A stretch of DNA of 64,000 nucleotides, from positions 1-64,000 of the forward strand of contig JADEYG010000007.1 of the NCBI GenBank assembly GCA_016906335.1. The letters run 5' to 3'. A program made the translations under genes and the position numbers. The DNA is from Novakomyces olei (taxonomy: Eukaryota). Positions 11,308-22,217 of the stretch are shown piece by piece (position 1 is the first letter of the stretch; each line of letters opens with the position of its first letter). Under the pieces are notes generated by a model. It was not told where the DNA came from. It searched no databases and saw nothing but the letters and a program-made list of their open reading frames with translations.

Positions 11308-14300
11308 AAAGGCCTGATCTGGGCAAACAACAATTTAGGCCACCAGAAGTTATGACAGTTTTTACGGAACCGGACAAAGCAAAGCATCTGACTGTCGTCG
11401 TGAAAGTCAAGACAGAGGATGGAGAGTTGAACGCGAGAGCCCTGATTGACTCAGGAGCTACCTCTAATTTTATCAGCGAGAAACTCGCATCGCATGCTTT
11501 TATTAAGCTTACGGAGAAGAGCGAGACCGAGCCCATCAGAGTCGTTGATGGAAGGACAATCAAGTCAGGAGGTATTCGCTTTCACACCAGCGAGATGGAT
11601 ATATCAATTGGCGAACATCGAGAAAGGATGACCTTCAATGTCATACCTCTTCGTGGATACGATGCTATCTTGGGCAAGCCATGGTTGGACAAGCATGAGC
11701 CTACGATCGGATGGAGTCGCGCAAACGTCGAGTTTAAGTCGAACTACTGTTTGGCGAACTGTTTGAAGTGCAGTACATTATCCGAATCCATGCAAGTCAG
11801 CGCAACCGAATTTGCAAGATTGGCTCGTAATGGAGAATCAGGTATTTTATGTGTGTACGCAACGGACGAGCAAGATATCAAGCCTCGCGTTACATTGCCT
11901 GGGTTCTACGAGGGATATCGCGACCTATTTGAGAAGAAGAACGCGGACGTTTTGCCGAAACATCAACCTTGGGATCATGCGATACCCTTGGCCGAAAATG
12001 CAAAGCCGCCTTTTGGTCCGATCTACCCGCTCGCCGAACGCGAATTGCAAACGCTGAGAGATTATATCAAGGAAAACCTCGCTAAAGGTTTTATACGACC
12101 GTCGTCGTCGCCCGCGGGGGCGCCGATCTTATTTGTCAAAAAGAAAGATGGATCGCTTAGATTATGCGTTGACTATCGCGGTCTGAACGCAATCACTGTC
12201 AAAAACAGATATGCATTACCGCTTATATCCGAACTTCTAGATCGCATTCGCCAAGCAACTATTTTTACGCGATTGGATCTTCGCGGTGCATATAATTTGG
12301 TTAGGATACGAAAAGGCGACGAATGGAAAACGGCCTTTCGTACGAGGTACGGCCACTACGAGTACCAAGTCATGCCGTTTGGGCTTACGAATGCCCCGGC
12401 TTCGTTTCAAGCACTCGCCAACGACACTTTGCGAGATTGCCTGGATCGATATGTTGTCGTTTACTTGGACGATATACTGATTTACTCAAATACAGAGGAA
12501 GAACACGTGGAGCACGTGCGCGGAGTATTGGAGAGACTTCGCAAGGCAAATTTATTTGTCAAATTGGAGAAATGCGAATTCCATACCGACACAACGGAGT
12601 TTCTTGGCTTCGTGATTTCAACGAAAGGTGTGTCGATGGAAAATACGAAGGTCAAATCGATTGAAACATGGCCCGAGCCAAAGAATGTTAAGGAGGTTAT
12701 GTCGTTCCTGGGACTGGCGAACTATTACCGAAGATTCATCGCCAACTACAGCAAGATTACGGTACCTCTTACCCGGCTTTTAAAGAAGGATACAAAGTTC
12801 GTGTTTAGCGACGAATGCAGGGAGTCATTCAATGCGTTGAAGGATGCATTCTTAGGCGCACCTATTCTTGTGCACTTTGATCCACAAAAGCCGAGCTTCT
12901 TGGAAACGGACGCCTCAGATTTTGCGATAGGCGGGATCCTTTCGCAAAAGGATGAAAACGGCGACACGAGACCAATCGCATTTTACTCGCGCAAGATGAC
13001 AAGCGCAGAGACGAACTACGACATTCACGACAAGGAGCTATTAGCTATTGTTGTATGTCTTCGGGAATGGAGGGTATACTTGGAGAGTCCCCTTCACAAA
13101 ACCACGATATACACGGATCATCGCAATCTTGTGTACTTTTGGACCGCGCGTGTCCTGAATAGACGGCAAATGCGCTGGTCGCAGTTACTTGCGTCTTACG
13201 ATTTTGTGATCGTGTATCGTGCGGGAAAGTTTAACCACAAGGCTGACTCCTTATCGCGAAGAAGCGATTACGTTAGCAGCGAAGAGGAGGAAAAGCCAGA
13301 ACGAACAATGGTGCTTTTGGACAAATCGCAATTTGTGTTTGCGATTGAGGACAACAAAACGCTGGCACAGGATATTAAGAAATGCTACGAGAAGGACAGC
13401 ATTTGCAAAAATATTATTGAGGAGTTAAAGAGCAAGCCTCGTGCTGCTCATTTGGAGAACTATACAATAGACAAGGAAGGTCTGTTAATGTTCTCGGGTT
13501 TGATTTACATACCCAGAGACAACGATTTGCGATTATCAATCATGCAAGAATGTCATGATTCGCAGACTTCAGGTCACCCCGGACAGGCCAAGACGCTAGA
13601 GCTTGTGACACGAAATTACTACTGGCCTAGGATGCGGAAGGACGTATTTAACTATGTGGACTCATGCGACACTTGCGCACGAAGTAAACCATCGCGTCAT
13701 GCTCCTTATGGTCTACTACATTCGTTGCGAGTGCCTACAAAGCCTTGGGAAAGCATTGCTATGGACTTCATTGTGAAGCTCCCGGTGTCAAGAGATGTCA
13801 TCACAGGCAAAGACTACGACTCAATTTGGGTTATAGTATGTCGCTTTACGAAGATAGGCATCTTTGTACCAATATGCGAGACCATGAGCGCGAAAGAACT
13901 AGCATTGCTATACGCTCACAGAGTATTTGCTAACTTTGGACTGCCAGAAGAAATTATCTCAGATCGTGGATCAGTTTTCGTATCACATTTTACAAAGCAT
14001 TTACTCGCACATTGTGATATCAAGCAAAGGTTATCAACTGCGTACCATCCCCAGAGCGATGGACAAACGGAAAGGCTTAATCAGAGCCTCGAGCAATATT
14101 TGAGAATTTACAGCAATTACCAACAAACGAATTGGGTAAACTTGCTACCTTTTGCACAGTTCGCATATAACAATACTGAGCAATCATCAATAAAAGCGAC
14201 CCCTAGTTACGCTTTATATGGGTATCACCCCAAATGCCGTTTTACGATAGCAACAGCACGGCAGTGTCCATCGGCGGACAATCGGATTGATTTCTTGCGA

Positions 14301-14828
14301 ACGCTACATCGCCTTTTACAGATCGAAATCAAGCACGCCATTAGCGATCAAGCACGGTTTGCTAATACGCACCGTGTCGACAAGAATTTTGAAGTCGGTC
14401 AGAAAGTATGGCTAGTGAGAAAGAACATCAGTACCACTAGGCCAAGCGACAAGTTGGATTACAGGAAGATTGGACCCTTTGCAATCTTGGAACGTATCGG
14501 TTTACGTGCATACAAGTTGGATTTACCGAACACGATGAGAATACACCCAGTATTCCATGCTTCTTTATTGGAATCGTACAAGTCTACGTCTACGATTGTG
14601 CGACAGCAGACAGCACCACCACCACCAATAATAATTGAGAATACACCAGAGTGGGAGGTAGAGGAAGTGTTGGACTCAAGGAAGCGAAGAAACAAATTGG
14701 AATACTTCGTACACTGGAAGAGATACGATAGTGCTAATCGCACTTGGGAGCCGGCAGGCAATTTGACAAATTGCGACGATTTAGTGAAAGAATTTCACAG
14801 ATTACACCCGGCTAAGCCGAAGCTATGA
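11211..14828 (+). CDS. pol: Pol of element C (PR-RT-RH-IN-chromodomain), expressed by -1 frameshift
   Basis: LIDSGA, YLDD, TDASD, HHCC, DDE, GPF, chromodomain WEVEEV..VHWKRY..TWEP; slippery G GGA AAA at 11280-11286. Confidence 0.95.
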   Translation: MQAEEEDVQSATRRCIHARIFRFGKSERPGPMKRPDLGKQQFRPPEVMTVFTEPDKAKHLTVVVKVKTEDGELNARALIDSGATSNFISEKLASHAFIKLTEKSETEPIRVVDGRTIKSGGIRFHTSEMDISIGEHRERMTFNVIPLRGYDAILGKPWLDKHEPTIGWSRANVEFKSNYCLANCLKCSTLSESMQVSATEFARLARNGESGILCVYATDEQDIKPRVTLPGFYEGYRDLFEKKNADVLPKHQPWDHAIPLAENAKPPFGPIYPLAERELQTLRDYIKENLAKGFIRPSSSPAGAPILFVKKKDGSLRLCVDYRGLNAITVKNRYALPLISELLDRIRQATIFTRLDLRGAYNLVRIRKGDEWKTAFRTRYGHYEYQVMPFGLTNAPASFQALANDTLRDCLDRYVVVYLDDILIYSNTEEEHVEHVRGVLERLRKANLFVKLEKCEFHTDTTEFLGFVISTKGVSMENTKVKSIETWPEPKNVKEVMSFLGLANYYRRFIANYSKITVPLTRLLKKDTKFVFSDECRESFNALKDAFLGAPILVHFDPQKPSFLETDASDFAIGGILSQKDENGDTRPIAFYSRKMTSAETNYDIHDKELLAIVVCLREWRVYLESPLHKTTIYTDHRNLVYFWTARVLNRRQMRWSQLLASYDFVIVYRAGKFNHKADSLSRRSDYVSSEEEEKPERTMVLLDKSQFVFAIEDNKTLAQDIKKCYEKDSICKNIIEELKSKPRAAHLENYTIDKEGLLMFSGLIYIPRDNDLRLSIMQECHDSQTSGHPGQAKTLELVTRNYYWPRMRKDVFNYVDSCDTCARSKPSRHAPYGLLHSLRVPTKPWESIAMDFIVKLPVSRDVITGKDYDSIWVIVCRFTKIGIFVPICETMSAKELALLYAHRVFANFGLPEEIISDRGSVFVSHFTKHLLAHCDIKQRLSTAYHPQSDGQTERLNQSLEQYLRIYSNYQQTNWVNLLPFAQFAYNNTEQSSIKATPSYALYGYHPKCRFTIATARQCPSADNRIDFLRTLHRLLQIEIKHAISDQARFANTHRVDKNFEVGQKVWLVRKNISTTRPSDKLDYRKIGPFAILERIGLRAYKLDLPNTMRIHPVFHASLLESYKSTSTIVRQQTAPPPPIIIENTPEWEVEEVLDSRKRRNKLEYFVHWKRYDSANRTWEPAGNLTNCDDLVKEFHRLHPAKPKL

Positions 14829-15040
14829 TGTTTACGTTAATCGCGATACAGGTTACGTCATTCAACTCACGTAATCTTACGCAATCGCGAGACTCAACTC
14901 TTGATTTTTGTTTACGACTGCGATATAATACACAATTCGCACTAGTTATTTATCGCTATTTGGAAATATTTTTTTGAAAATGTATAAAAAATTATTAAAA
15001 TCAAAACAAGATGTATCGCATATTTGAAGAATTTTGGCGC

Positions 15041-15472
15041 TCATTCCAAGCCGCGCAAAGCCGAAATTTCCGCTTTCAGCTCTAGGACCTGCTGACGGAG
15101 CGAATCGATTTCGCGATCTTTAGCGGCCAATGCTCTTTCAACAGCAACCCCGAGGCCCTCAGACGAATCGGTTGCCGCGCATTGGGCGACTTCTACAACG
15201 GGCGTCGCAACGCGAGGAACAGTGGAGGCCAACTTTGCCTTACGAGCGTTATCATACTTACGATACTCGCGCTCGACGATCGACCCGCGTATGCGCGAAT
15301 TCAACAGGGTCGGCGACATAAACATCGCGCCCTCGCACTTGGTTTTACGCGCCGCACACGCTAAGCAGCGACGGACGCGAGGGATGGCTGTCATGAAGAA
15401 CTCACAGCGCCTCCCCTGCGAAACACAATAGTCGCACGGCTTCTCGGACACAGTCACACGTGCAAGCGACAT
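15041..15472 (-). CDS. Element C antisense ORF3: Zn(II)2Cys6-like domain plus C-terminal coiled coil
   Basis: CDYC-x6-C-x12-CLAC-x6-C fits the Gal4 spacing; heptad tail DSLRQQVLELKAEISALRGL; AT-rich flanks. Confidence 0.7.
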   Translation of the reverse strand: MSLARVTVSEKPCDYCVSQGRRCEFFMTAIPRVRRCLACAARKTKCEGAMFMSPTLLNSRIRGSIVEREYRKYDNARKAKLASTVPRVATPVVEVAQCAATDSSEGLGVAVERALAAKDREIDSLRQQVLELKAEISALRGLE

Positions 15473-15735
15473 CGCGTTCAGAACTGTCTTTGCGAACGCG
15501 ACTGGATACTATTTATCTTCGCGTTTTGCCTCTTTACCCCTCTGCAACAAAACGCGAACACCCCTTTTATTTTCCCATGCTATTCTATATGTTTATTTAC
15601 GCGTTTACTGAGGAGAAAATATTATTGTGACACGCGGCAATTGAAATTAGCGTTTATTTTGTTCGCCTTTCTATTTTTATGGAATATTTTATGTTTTGCG
15701 GGCGCGGGGACCTCGCCCAAGGGAGGGGGGGATAC

Positions 15736-16366
15736 TGTCATGATCCTCGCCTTGGCGAGTCCCTGACAACCGCGTTGGGAAGCGAGGGGCGACGCCTGTA
15801 GTCGGACTTGGGATGTCCGCGCGTCGCGAGCTTCGCCAACGCGGCCCAAGACCAGTCGGCGCGTAATGCGATGGTCTTGGGACGTAGAAGTTGTCTTAGT
15901 GCGCATGTAGGTACGCGCACTAAGCCAGCTTGGCCCACGGGAGCGAGGGGCTCCATGCACAATGTGCACGGACCTCGCTTCCCGTTCTCATTCTCGCACG
16001 CTAGCGAGTGCGACCCTTCGCACTCCGCTAGCGCGAGAACATTCATAGTTATTTCCATAGTCTAGTTTAGGTTGAGAGCTTCCCGCTCTAACTTGCGCGA
16101 CCTTCGCTCAAGTTAGTTTGGGAAGAGTAGTTTAGAGTGCGAAGGAGCATCCGCTCCTCCGCAGCTTAGTTTAGTTTATAGTTGCCCGTGAAGGCCTCTT
16201 GCCCTTCACGGGTTGATTATCTCAAAGTGGGAGTAATACATTATATTACTCCTGGTAAGCTTTACAGTAATCGCTTTCTGCTTTCCTGGTCTTTCTTATT
16301 CCTTTACTTTATTTAAACTATACACGGCCGGCCTCCAGCGATTGTAGCTGTAAGGACCGCCTTACA
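15736..16366 (+). repeat. 3' LTR of element C
   Basis: Copy of 9408-10038 after the PPT. Confidence 0.95.
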
Positions 16367-16498
16367 CTTGCCCAAATAACTATTTTCTGAACTAATTATT
16401 GATTCTATTTATTTATTATTTTTCTATTAAGGAACCCACCTATTATTGAAGGGGGAGTAATGCTCTGCAATATTTGTGCTATGTATCACGTATACACG

Positions 16499-16646
16499 CT
16501 TATTATCGCACTTTATTATTTATTTCATACGACGCTAAATATGGCGCCCAGAGCGGGCAACTTAGCGACCGTTTATTATCGCAAAAGATTATTTATTGTG
16601 ACGCTAAATATGACGCCCAGAGCGGACAACTTAGCGACCTTATTAT
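16499..16646 (+). repeat. About 70-bp tandem duplication in the element B 3' region
   Basis: GACGCTAAATATGRCGCCCAGAGCGGRCAACTTAGCGACC at 16531 and 16600. Confidence 0.85.
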
Positions 16647-16845
16647 CCACACATAATATTATTATATGTGTTGTTATTATATTGGTTACTTATATTATTA
16701 TATATACCGTTATATATATATTACCGGTACGACTTATTATATACGGACGATTACTTAAGATTGATAACCGTTCTATATAAATTAACTGGCCTGAAAATAT
16801 TTTCAGCAAACGCAACTCTACCAGCCCTCAGCAGTGAACTTAGCG

Positions 16846-17836
16846 ATGCCTCGAGAAAAAAGCACCAGACGCCCCAGAAACCAAGGACCGCTAGAATGTT
16901 TAGATTGTGGAACAAGGTTCTACGAACAATATGACAGGAAACGGCATCAGATTGCAGTCCATGACAAAAGAATGTCTGCGTGCATCAAGGAGTTTTATCG
17001 TTGCGGGGGAAAATCGACAAATTACGAAAGTGTGCTGACGTGTTTGCGCACGCTAAGCACTCGCCAAACAGCTCTCCATGAAGCAGCCTACGATACGGTC
17101 GACATCGAGTGTGAAGATCTCCTCAAGGATCTAACGTCCCGTTCACCATGTCAGATTATTGACAACGCATCGAACCAAATCGTTCTCAAGGCCACTAGTG
17201 TTATCTCATTTCTTGCAGCGTGGATGGATCGGGGCGCAAACCCATACGCGGTGTACAATTTAAAACCTAGCCGATTGGGGCTCCGCCAAAAAGCTACGTC
17301 CTCTTGACGAGCATGCGGATAACACGACAAACTGGACGTCGGTCCTTACACCAGCAGGGACTGTAACAGACGTGCACATTGATCCCATCATGTTCGGGAC
17401 AGTTGTCTACGGTGTTTTCGGAACAAAAATGATTCTAACATGGCCGCCCACACCAGAGAATCTTTCCTGGTTTGGACCAAGGCATCGACAAAATCATCAG
17501 TTTGCATTGCGCGATGCCATCATCTACTTGCGCGGCCTGAAGTATTATATTCTCTCGGAGAATAGGTCAATCACGTTTCCACCAGGCACTCTCCACGGTG
17601 TTATCGCAATCACCGACTCTGCGCTGATGGGATACAACTTTGCCGTACTCGACAAGGACATTACGAGACTTATCGAGTGGGACGCAAACTTCGCAAAGGG
17701 TAAGGCTGAATTGACACGCGATGCGGTTGAAGAACATCGTGTTTGTCTTCGGCATTACGAAAAGGTTTTTAAGTCTTCTTTCTCTTCTTTTTCTTTTGAT
17801 TTCAACAAAGGACTTCGACTTTTGAGAGGGGAGTAA
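16846..17836 (+). pseudogene. Element B ORF3: C2H2 plus JmjC protein with one frameshift near 17290
   Basis: CLDC-x12-H-x4-H, TDVHID, GTK..WPPTPENL..FGPRHR, PPGTLHGV...GYNF; removing one A from CAAAAAG restores a frame collinear with A ORF3. Confidence 0.8.
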
Positions 17837-18187
17837 TGTTAGGGAGTCGCTATTTAGGCCGCTATGAACGGTTGATATAGCGACGAGTCTTATTCAACTT
17901 TCCAGTTTATTACTTTAATTTCTTTTAGTTATTTGTTTAATGTGGCTTAGATAGTTCTAGAATAGTTTTCTCATAGTTTAACCACAAGGGTCAAGCTTAT
18001 AAATAGAGGCTTGTCTTCTACTTGTCCCTTGTGTGAAATCAATTTGGGTTACGCCTATACTTCGCGACTGTAGGCTCCTCAGTCTCCTTGTTGCAATAGT
18101 CACCGACAGTACTCTGGTTCGTCCCATCTTCCTGCCTCCGCCCGCGCGATATCGGGCTAGTCCATCACCCAGGGTCACCCCCTAACA
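17837..18187 (+). repeat. 3' LTR of element B
   Basis: TGTTAGGG...CCCTAACA terminal inverted repeat, follows PPT GAGAGGGGAG; shares TTCTAGAATA and TATAAATAGAGG..CTTCTACTT blocks with LTR A. Confidence 0.88.
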
Positions 18188-18288
18188 TATGATCACAACT
18201 TTCATAACTACAATGAAGCTTCAACAAATAACTGTCGTTGTTGATCGAAGATGTGACAACATCAAACAAATACTTGGACTTGCTCGCA

Positions 18289-18747
18289 TTAGGCTTTTCT
18301 GCATGAGTACAGAACGCAAATGGTGCAGCAGGAATTCGCTTCTCTGAAAAAGACATCTATGCCGATTTGGCAGCTGCCCAGCGACGTATAATACGTTAGG
18401 TCACGCAAAACTTCACCGGACACAGTAGCCACAGGAGACCAGACAAATTGCTGCAAGTGGTGTTGTACTTTGTCGCGCATGCAGAGTAACACAAGCTTTT
18501 CTAAGAGCAGATGAGCTGTATAGATAACCAACCCAAGTTCACCATTTATGTTCCCCACCCTTAAGCTGTCAGACACTAAATTCTTATCGCTGCTATCTTG
18601 CCCTGAAGATGGACTTTGGGGGAGTAATTTACTTGTTATCGTAATATAACAGCGTGGTCGATAGGTTAAATTAAAAGATAATGCAATTTGTTCATAAAGC
18701 TCTTGCCTTTTTCGAAACGCAATTTGTTTCCAAGACTGTCTTGTCAT
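18289..18747 (-). pseudogene. Possible degraded amidase N-terminal fragment
   Basis: SWKQIAFRKR start and LLEKL / DVFFREA resemble fungal amidase N-termini; no catalytic motifs seen. Confidence 0.25.
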
Positions 18748-19143
18748 TTAAATATAGCATATAATAACCATTGTTCATATTTATTTATACCAGATCCATA
18801 GGGGGTTGGTCAATGGCCGTCTCAAGCCGTCCGTCTTCGATAATGCGAAGCAATGATGATAAGATTGATAAGGAAACAAGGAATAATAGTTTCACAATGT
18901 CCCACAAGTGGAACACAATCTAAACAGATTTTGGATTTTGCAATGTTAGACAACATGATTTATTTTCAAAAGCACTGGGAAGCAAAATCTACCTGGCTAT
19001 CATGAGACTGTTCAACATTCATACCTTAGCATCCCACTCAAACTCTTATGTGGCCTAGCCAGACTATATATCTAAATAGAGCAGGTAGAAAATAATCAAC
19101 ATAGTTCAACAATTATCATACTATAAATTATTATACTATACAT

Positions 19144-19245
19144 TAAATGGTGGCTAGACGCAACAGCTCAAGTCGACCTGTGTTCGCAAGCAACTAAATG
19201 GTGGCTAGACGCAACAGCTCAAGTCGACCTGTGTTCGCAAGCAAC
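19144..19245. repeat. 51-bp perfect tandem duplication
   Basis: TAAATGGTGGCTAGACGC...GCAAGCAAC twice. Confidence 0.9.
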
Positions 19246-19410
19246 ACTGCCAGCGCAACCGTATCGGGCTTTGGAGCAGGAAGGCGTCATCGGATGCTTG
19301 ATGACGGACACAAGAAACCTAAAACGTTGTTAAGCTTGTTTTGTAGACGGGTTGTACAAATGGTTTCATCTGTTAAAATGCTATTTAAATGCGCATGCTT
19401 AAGCTATAGT

Positions 19411-21828
19411 TCATGCTTTTCCCTTCTTTCTGTCTACTCTGTCGCCTTCTGAACCTTGACTCGGAGAAAACTCGAGCTCCGCAATGCTTTCCTTAATGAT
19501 TTTTCCCATTTCGTCGTATAGCTCTTGTCCTTTTCCCTCAAGATATGTAGAAGGCACGTATAACCTTTTGTTCTCAAAATGAGAGCCAAATATGGCTTCA
19601 CGGAGTTTCTCCACACAGGGTATCAGCGGCCTGTACCCTTTGTGAAAACGTTCTTCCGTGACAGATTCAAACCTCTTTAGATTAAAAATAAGCCCTGCCT
19701 TGAAATCCGTGAGCTCCCGCATAGACACTGCATTCCATTTGTCAAACTCTGTTACCGTCCAGCCATCGCCTCCGGGCTCATAGTGCACGCATACCCAATA
19801 AAGAACCCAGAAAAACGACTCCAGATCGTGTAGAAAGCTATGATCTTGACCGTCCAGCAATGCGATCGACATGAAAGCTTTCGTGCCAGTTTTTGCTTTC
19901 GCCCCACACGCTTCTGTTCGATCTGTACGTATCGCCATATCCAGATCGATGATAAATGCCTCCACCTCTCCATCTTTTTCATTCATCATCAGATTTCCTG
20001 TCGAAATATCCCGGTGAAGAATTCCATTATCCAGCAATGACTTGTGTCCCCTGATACATTGCAGAATTGCTTCCAACAAAGCCTTCGGACTGCTTGCATT
20101 CGATATTCTCTTTCCAAAGTCGCGCAAGACCACGCGACGATGCTCGCGGTTTTCAGTTGTGCTTGCATCTGTACTCCTTTCGTTAGTCATCGACACACCA
20201 AGTCTTTGCCTTTTCGATTCAGGCTCGCTGGTGTTTGAGCGCTCACTGAAGCGAGTTTTGCTACTGCCTCCGAGACTGGTTGCTTTCCCAGCAAGCCGTA
20301 TCAAGCCTGAGCGTAACCGAGGTCGGATGAATGTCCTTTCGCCCTGTTCCGTCTCTGATTCCGAACTCTGCCAGTCTCGAATTTGTTTCGTGGTGTCAGC
20401 CACCCCTCTAATCATTACCGTCTCATGATGATAGTATCTTGCAACATTTGTAACATCTCTGGTTGATAAATATTTCAAGTACTGCCCTTCTTCTGGTCTT
20501 TTCGGATTCTGCCATGAGTCTTTGACTACAAGGGTTTGATCGGCGTTGTGTTCCACGTGTCCTCTCCAGATTTTTGTTCCTCGGCAGGCTATCCCGTAAG
20601 AATGATTTGCCACCTCTTCATCAAGAATAATAGTCTCATCTTTTCCTTCACGCTCTATGTTGATGTACTGCACCCCGTCACTCTGTCTTATCTTGATCGA
20701 AGGATCAAATCCTAAAGCCTCGTCGTCCATCACCATGAATCCAAGCATTATGCGCACTAGCTTTTCACGTTCCTTGTGTATACTAAACCCGGCTGAAGCA
20801 ACTGCCCCCGACCTATCAAACTCGAATATCCTCATCATTGTTCCACACAATGTAAACGCGAGCACAAATCGACGATTCTGGTGGCCCATGGCCTCCCTAG
20901 CGTATGTTGCTATGTCCACGCAGACTTGAACTGTTTTGTCGTCTTTAACGTTGCGTTTTAGTTCTCCAGGCACGACCAAATCTTTCATGTGCAGGCTGCC
21001 CTCGTTTGATGTGAGCCGTCCCACTCCGACGTCTAATTTTCGGATTTTCGGCAAGCCACTCATGCCTCTGTTGGGCTGCGACACCAATTTGCGCTGCACA
21101 GGCACCCCTTCGAAGAGGGCTGTCTCTGCAAGCTCCTTCACAAACGTTTTAAGCCACTCCAAGACATCATTTTGGTTTGCCTCCTTCGGCCAGCCCTTCC
21201 ACACGCCGCTACGGGCTGAATCTGCCCATAGCCTGCCAAAGACTCTCTGCGACAGTGTCTCCAGACTCATTCCATTTTCCCACACTACGCCTGAAAAGTG
21301 CCTTTCAAACAGATGCTTGTCAATGTAGATATCACCTATCTCTCGGCGGAGGAGCTCATCTATGGCAGAACGAGACTCACTGCAATTTGCGGTGCCGCTT
21401 GTGCTATTTGACTTGTAAGAATTGCCTTTCACCAGGGGAGCATTGCGTGCTTCAGGCGTGCTACTCCTTCCATCTGACCTGACAGCGTCCCGCAGACCCA
21501 GCCAAATCTCCGTGTCATCTTGCTGTTCTCCTACTGCCTTTAACAGACGCTCTGTGGGCTTGAGCCCATAGTCATTCCTCGAGAATTGAGCTTCCGCCAC
21601 CTCTTTGAGGCTCTCGCCATCAAACATGAGCTTCGATATCGCCGGGTGCTCTTTTAGCTTGCCATATATGCTACCGACTATTGTCCTCATCTCGACAATT
21701 CTGGCTGGCAAATTAGGCACTTGGTGTAAGTATGATAAAGCTAGATTAGCAATTCCCCTATAACCGACGAGTGTATCACCAAGAGGATGCTCTTGCACAA
21801 TGCGAGGCTGCTCCTCGTCCAGCAGCAT
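19411..21828 (-). CDS. Fungal-specific FunK1 family protein kinase (Pkinase_fungal)
   Basis: FDRSG, CRGT, VVKDSW, HRDISTGN, IDLD, GTKAFMSI, HDLESFFWVL; intronless 805 aa. Confidence 0.88.
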   Translation of the reverse strand: MLLDEEQPRIVQEHPLGDTLVGYRGIANLALSYLHQVPNLPARIVEMRTIVGSIYGKLKEHPAISKLMFDGESLKEVAEAQFSRNDYGLKPTERLLKAVGEQQDDTEIWLGLRDAVRSDGRSSTPEARNAPLVKGNSYKSNSTSGTANCSESRSAIDELLRREIGDIYIDKHLFERHFSGVVWENGMSLETLSQRVFGRLWADSARSGVWKGWPKEANQNDVLEWLKTFVKELAETALFEGVPVQRKLVSQPNRGMSGLPKIRKLDVGVGRLTSNEGSLHMKDLVVPGELKRNVKDDKTVQVCVDIATYAREAMGHQNRRFVLAFTLCGTMMRIFEFDRSGAVASAGFSIHKEREKLVRIMLGFMVMDDEALGFDPSIKIRQSDGVQYINIEREGKDETIILDEEVANHSYGIACRGTKIWRGHVEHNADQTLVVKDSWQNPKRPEEGQYLKYLSTRDVTNVARYYHHETVMIRGVADTTKQIRDWQSSESETEQGERTFIRPRLRSGLIRLAGKATSLGGSSKTRFSERSNTSEPESKRQRLGVSMTNERSTDASTTENREHRRVVLRDFGKRISNASSPKALLEAILQCIRGHKSLLDNGILHRDISTGNLMMNEKDGEVEAFIIDLDMAIRTDRTEACGAKAKTGTKAFMSIALLDGQDHSFLHDLESFFWVLYWVCVHYEPGGDGWTVTEFDKWNAVSMRELTDFKAGLIFNLKRFESVTEERFHKGYRPLIPCVEKLREAIFGSHFENKRLYVPSTYLEGKGQELYDEMGKIIKESIAELEFSPSQGSEGDRVDRKKGKA

Positions 21829-22217
21829 CTCAGTCCAATTCTACTGCGCTCTGCGACATTTTTTTGTTTATCGCGTCGCTCGTACGCGCTTCTATGGCAG
21901 TTTATTATATGACTGATTATTATTGTACATTATTGTATGACTGAATATTATGGTAGATTGTATAGTAGAGTAATGTGTAGCTCGATAATGTATAGCAGAA
22001 TAATGTGTGGTATATTGAAGATAGGGAATTCTTTAGATTATAGTTAGCTTTTCTAGTTCACTGCATTCGTGATTACACCAGACCAATAGTACACCACGAA
22101 CATGGCACAAAAAAGGCTCAAAGTGGGCGGGCAAGCTCACAGAGCCCGTAAACGAGCAAGTCGATCTGCAGAGATATAAATGGAAACGATAAAGCGCAAT
22201 TCAAGGGACTCATCTAC

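Larger units (their letters stand above)
9408..16366 (+). mobile_element. Intact chromovirus, element C, nested in element B
   Basis: Two 631-bp LTRs identical by eye, 5-bp TSD CTTGC (9403-9407 and 16367-16371), uninterrupted gag and pol, PPT 15719-15732. Confidence 0.97.
6606..18187 (+). mobile_element. 5'-truncated chromovirus, element B (related to A), interrupted by element C
   Basis: Pol starts mid-RT directly after the A LTR; sequence resumes after C; JmjC ORF3, PPT and 3' LTR 17837-18187. Confidence 0.88.

Noticed and set aside
16499-16646. Repeat-spacer pattern as a CRISPR-like array
   Set aside because: Only two units, the intervening sequences are also similar, eukaryotic context, no cas genes
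286-18187. RIP-type mutation of the repeats
   Set aside because: LTR pairs look identical and long ORFs are open; no sign of C-to-T scarring by eye
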